Below are positions 61,220 to 64,000 of a DNA stretch of 64,000 nt, piece by piece. Each line of letters starts with the position of its first letter. Position 1 is the first letter of the stretch. A program made the translations under genes and the position numbers. The stretch lies in the NCBI RefSeq assembly GCF_009914755.1, contig NC_060941.1; one strand, written 5' to 3'. The DNA comes from the human T2T-CHM13v2.0 reference genome, Homo sapiens. Under the pieces are notes generated by a model. It was not told where the DNA came from. It worked only from the letters and a program-made list of their open reading frames with translations, and did no database searches.

Positions 61220-62540
61220 TAATTTATGAAGTGGTATAGGACAATAACCCTCTCCATTGAGCTGACCAACCAGGTGTGACCTTCTGTTACCCATCAATTG
61301 AAGTTGGTGAGCTAGACAGATGAAGACTTTTTGCCATCCTAGTATTAGACGAATCCTAAGACCCTTTCTAAAATTGCAGAGAAAGAAGTTAGAGGTAAAG
61401 GAAAGAACTCGTTGGTTGCCACACATAGCATGTGTCCATACTTTTTTCCTACTTCTTAGGCCCTTCAATTATCTTATACTCCCACCGCATCCACAACATC
61501 CTCCCCACCTTTCATCTGCCCTACCCTGCCTATCTCATGGGTCCAAATCTATTCCTATTCTTTAGCCTAGCTTCAGTGCCACCTTGTCCAAGAAGTTGTC
61601 TGGAACCTGCAACTGAAACTCATCTCTCCTTCTCCAGGCTTCCACAGGCTGTTACCAAGCACTCTCATTGTACTTTTCAATTCAAATCTTATAGATTTTT
61701 CCTTTTTAATTATGGTTTCTTCCTCTTAATAGCCTATAGTTTGCTTGAGGACAGAATCTGGATTGATTCATTTCTGTGTCTTCAATAGCACCTGGCATAG
61801 TCTTTCACATTTAGTGGGCGTTTTATAAGTGTTTGTTGAATGGATAACAAAGAGACAGCCTTCATATTTGTCATTATTACATTGATAACTACCTTTATCC
61901 TTTGCATTTGTCATTGTTACATTGCTGACATAGAGAATTAGAGACTACAGGGAAAACATGTACTTACTGATAGAGGCATTCATATGGAAAATTAGTGCTC
62001 TTACTCTTTTTCCCTTAGAAGAATAACAACTTTCCCTTTTCTTAAAATGTGAGACCTGAGAGTAAAGGCATCTGTCAAATAAAGTCATTGAACATTGTAA
62101 TGCAGCATTACACTTACGACTATAGCTTCAAGGTACATTTGTTTGACACTCTGGTTCATTGGGTCTTAACAAAAGTAGTCTAATAACATATTTGTGTAAC
62201 ATACAGAGATTTCAAAATGTGCACAAACTCTTGGCTGTCAAATGGCAGGCCAAATGGATGCTATTATCCTTGCTTTTTAGATGAAGATTCTGAGGCTCAT
62301 TGAACTAATGTGAGTTCCTCAAGTTTACATAGGAAGCAGCAGAACCAGGGGGATTTTTTGTCAGCTCTGTCTAGCGTGAAAACCAGCAGAACATTCAGAA
62401 ATTACAAATTCAAATGTTTCTTGTTGGGTTTGGCCTGAGTGCTCTCTCCCACATATGAACACTCACAGTAAGCATTGATTCTACCACTTTTTGCATTTTC
62501 TACCCTGAGATGCTATTGTTATTTTAAAATATGGAGACAG

Positions 62541-63225
62541 TGTAATAGTTTATTTTATGCATCAACTTAGCTAGGCCACAGTACCCAGATATTTGGTCAA
62601 ACACCAGTCTAGATGTTGCTAGGAAGGTACTTTTGAAAAGAGATTAACATTTAAATCAGTAGAACAGTAAAGCAGATGACCCTCCATCATGTGGGTGGGC
62701 CTCCTCTAGTCAGTCGAAAAGCTTAAGAGACGAGGACTGAGGTCCAGACTGCCTTCGGACTTGAGCTGCAACAGTAACTCTCCTCTGGGTTTCTAGTCTG
62801 CCTGCCTGCCCTACATATTTCAGAAATGCCAGCCCCCAAAACTGTGTGAACTAATTTCTTTTTTTGAGATGGAGTCTTGCTCTGTACAGTGGCACAATCT
62901 TGGCTCACTGCAACCTCTGCCTCTGGATTCCAGTGATTCTCAAGCCTCAGCCTCCTGAATAGCTGGGATGATGTGTGTGTACCCGCTAATTTTTGTATTT
63001 TGAGTAGAGATGGGTTTCACCACATTGGCCAGGCTGGTTGGTCTTAAACTCCTAACCTCAAGTGATCTGCCTGCCTTGGCCTCCCAAAGTGCTGGAATTA
63101 CAGGCATGAGCCACCGTGCTTGGCCTGTGTCAACTAATTTCTTAAAATAAATCTCTCTCTTTTTCTTTCTCTCTCTCTCTACACATTCTATTAGCTTTGT
63201 TTCTCCAGGGAACCCTGACTAATAT
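62541..63225 (+). mobile_element. MLT2 (ERVL) LTR with minus-strand Alu (62856-63125)
   Basis: tgtaatagtttattttatgcatcaacttagctaggccacagtacccagatatttggtcaaaca...gaaccctgactaata. Confidence 0.8.
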
Positions 63226-64000
63226 AGACTGCTCCTAATTTATGAAGATAATTTATTTTATAAATGTATTTAAGCTTAGCATATAAGAACCCATGAATTT
63301 ATAATGATACAAAATTTTTTAAACAGAAAAAAATCACCATAGCAAAAAACAAACAACAAAAAAAACTCAAAAAAATTAATAAATTGGACACTACTTGAAG
63401 TAACTAAGGTTTCAACTTCCCGTTCTGAAAATTGACCATTAAAAGGAAAGAGTTAAGCACTGATTCTGTATACATTGCACTGCAGGATAACCAAGCCCTA
63501 ACTGAGAAGGGAAAGTTCTTTACAAAAAAATTCTAGCCAATAAATATGGAAGGACTGATAGAGCTAGAGCTGTTTTCTAACATCGAATGTAATAATTGAT
63601 TCAAGCAATTATCAACAAGGAATGAAACCGTGAGATGAAAGGTAGACGAAGAACTTTACAATGGCTTGATCATGCTTATATTCCCAGAATTCACTCATCA
63701 ATTTGAGTACCACTAAAAGTGGGACAATCACACATTATAAACCTCCCAGTACAAGGATATTTGCAGCAAACAGAACCATCTGGGAAGAATTCTTATCAAA
63801 AAAGATGAGGCTGCATCAGGCCTTTCGCTAATGTCAATGTATAGGAAATATGGCAGATAGAACAAATTAAAGCAGACAGTAAAACAAAAAGACAAACTCC
63901 CAATGGGTAGGCAACTAAGAGTAGAGGAGTGTTACTCATAATTGTACTGGGACAAAAGGTATAAACTGGGGCTGTCTCATGCAAAACTTGAGGCGTGGTC

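Overview
Primate (human-type) genomic DNA, dense in repeats. At the left end a CpG island holds the promoter and first coding exon of MMD (PAQR11) on the minus strand (ATG at 669, MRFKNRFQ(R), donor at 643); this places the window just upstream of MMD (human 17q22, from recall). Four minus-strand exon-like segments (58658-58778, 57960-58011, 46350-46533, ~29060-29503) have proper splice signals and match my unverified recollection of the non-coding 3'UTR exons of SMIM36; two derive from transposons. The largest element is a decayed HERV-H provirus (46978-55712, two LTR7-type LTRs, TSD GGCCA) with a Phe-like PBS, two Alu insertions and a same-orientation nested HERV-E/LTR2 fragment fused to the HERV-H env remnant. 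The rest is about 40 Alus, L1 fragments, solo LTRs, MaLRs and DNA transposons, often nested. Most unusual: a ~53-nt double-hairpin LTR-like RNA retroposed with poly(A) and TSD (21402-21483), the LTR2/HERV-H chimeric unit, a ~455-bp G/A-rich repeat with (AAGGG)12 inside an Alu linker, and an overlapping uORF at the MMD start. Repeat family names are by eye and boundaries without a TSD are approximate.
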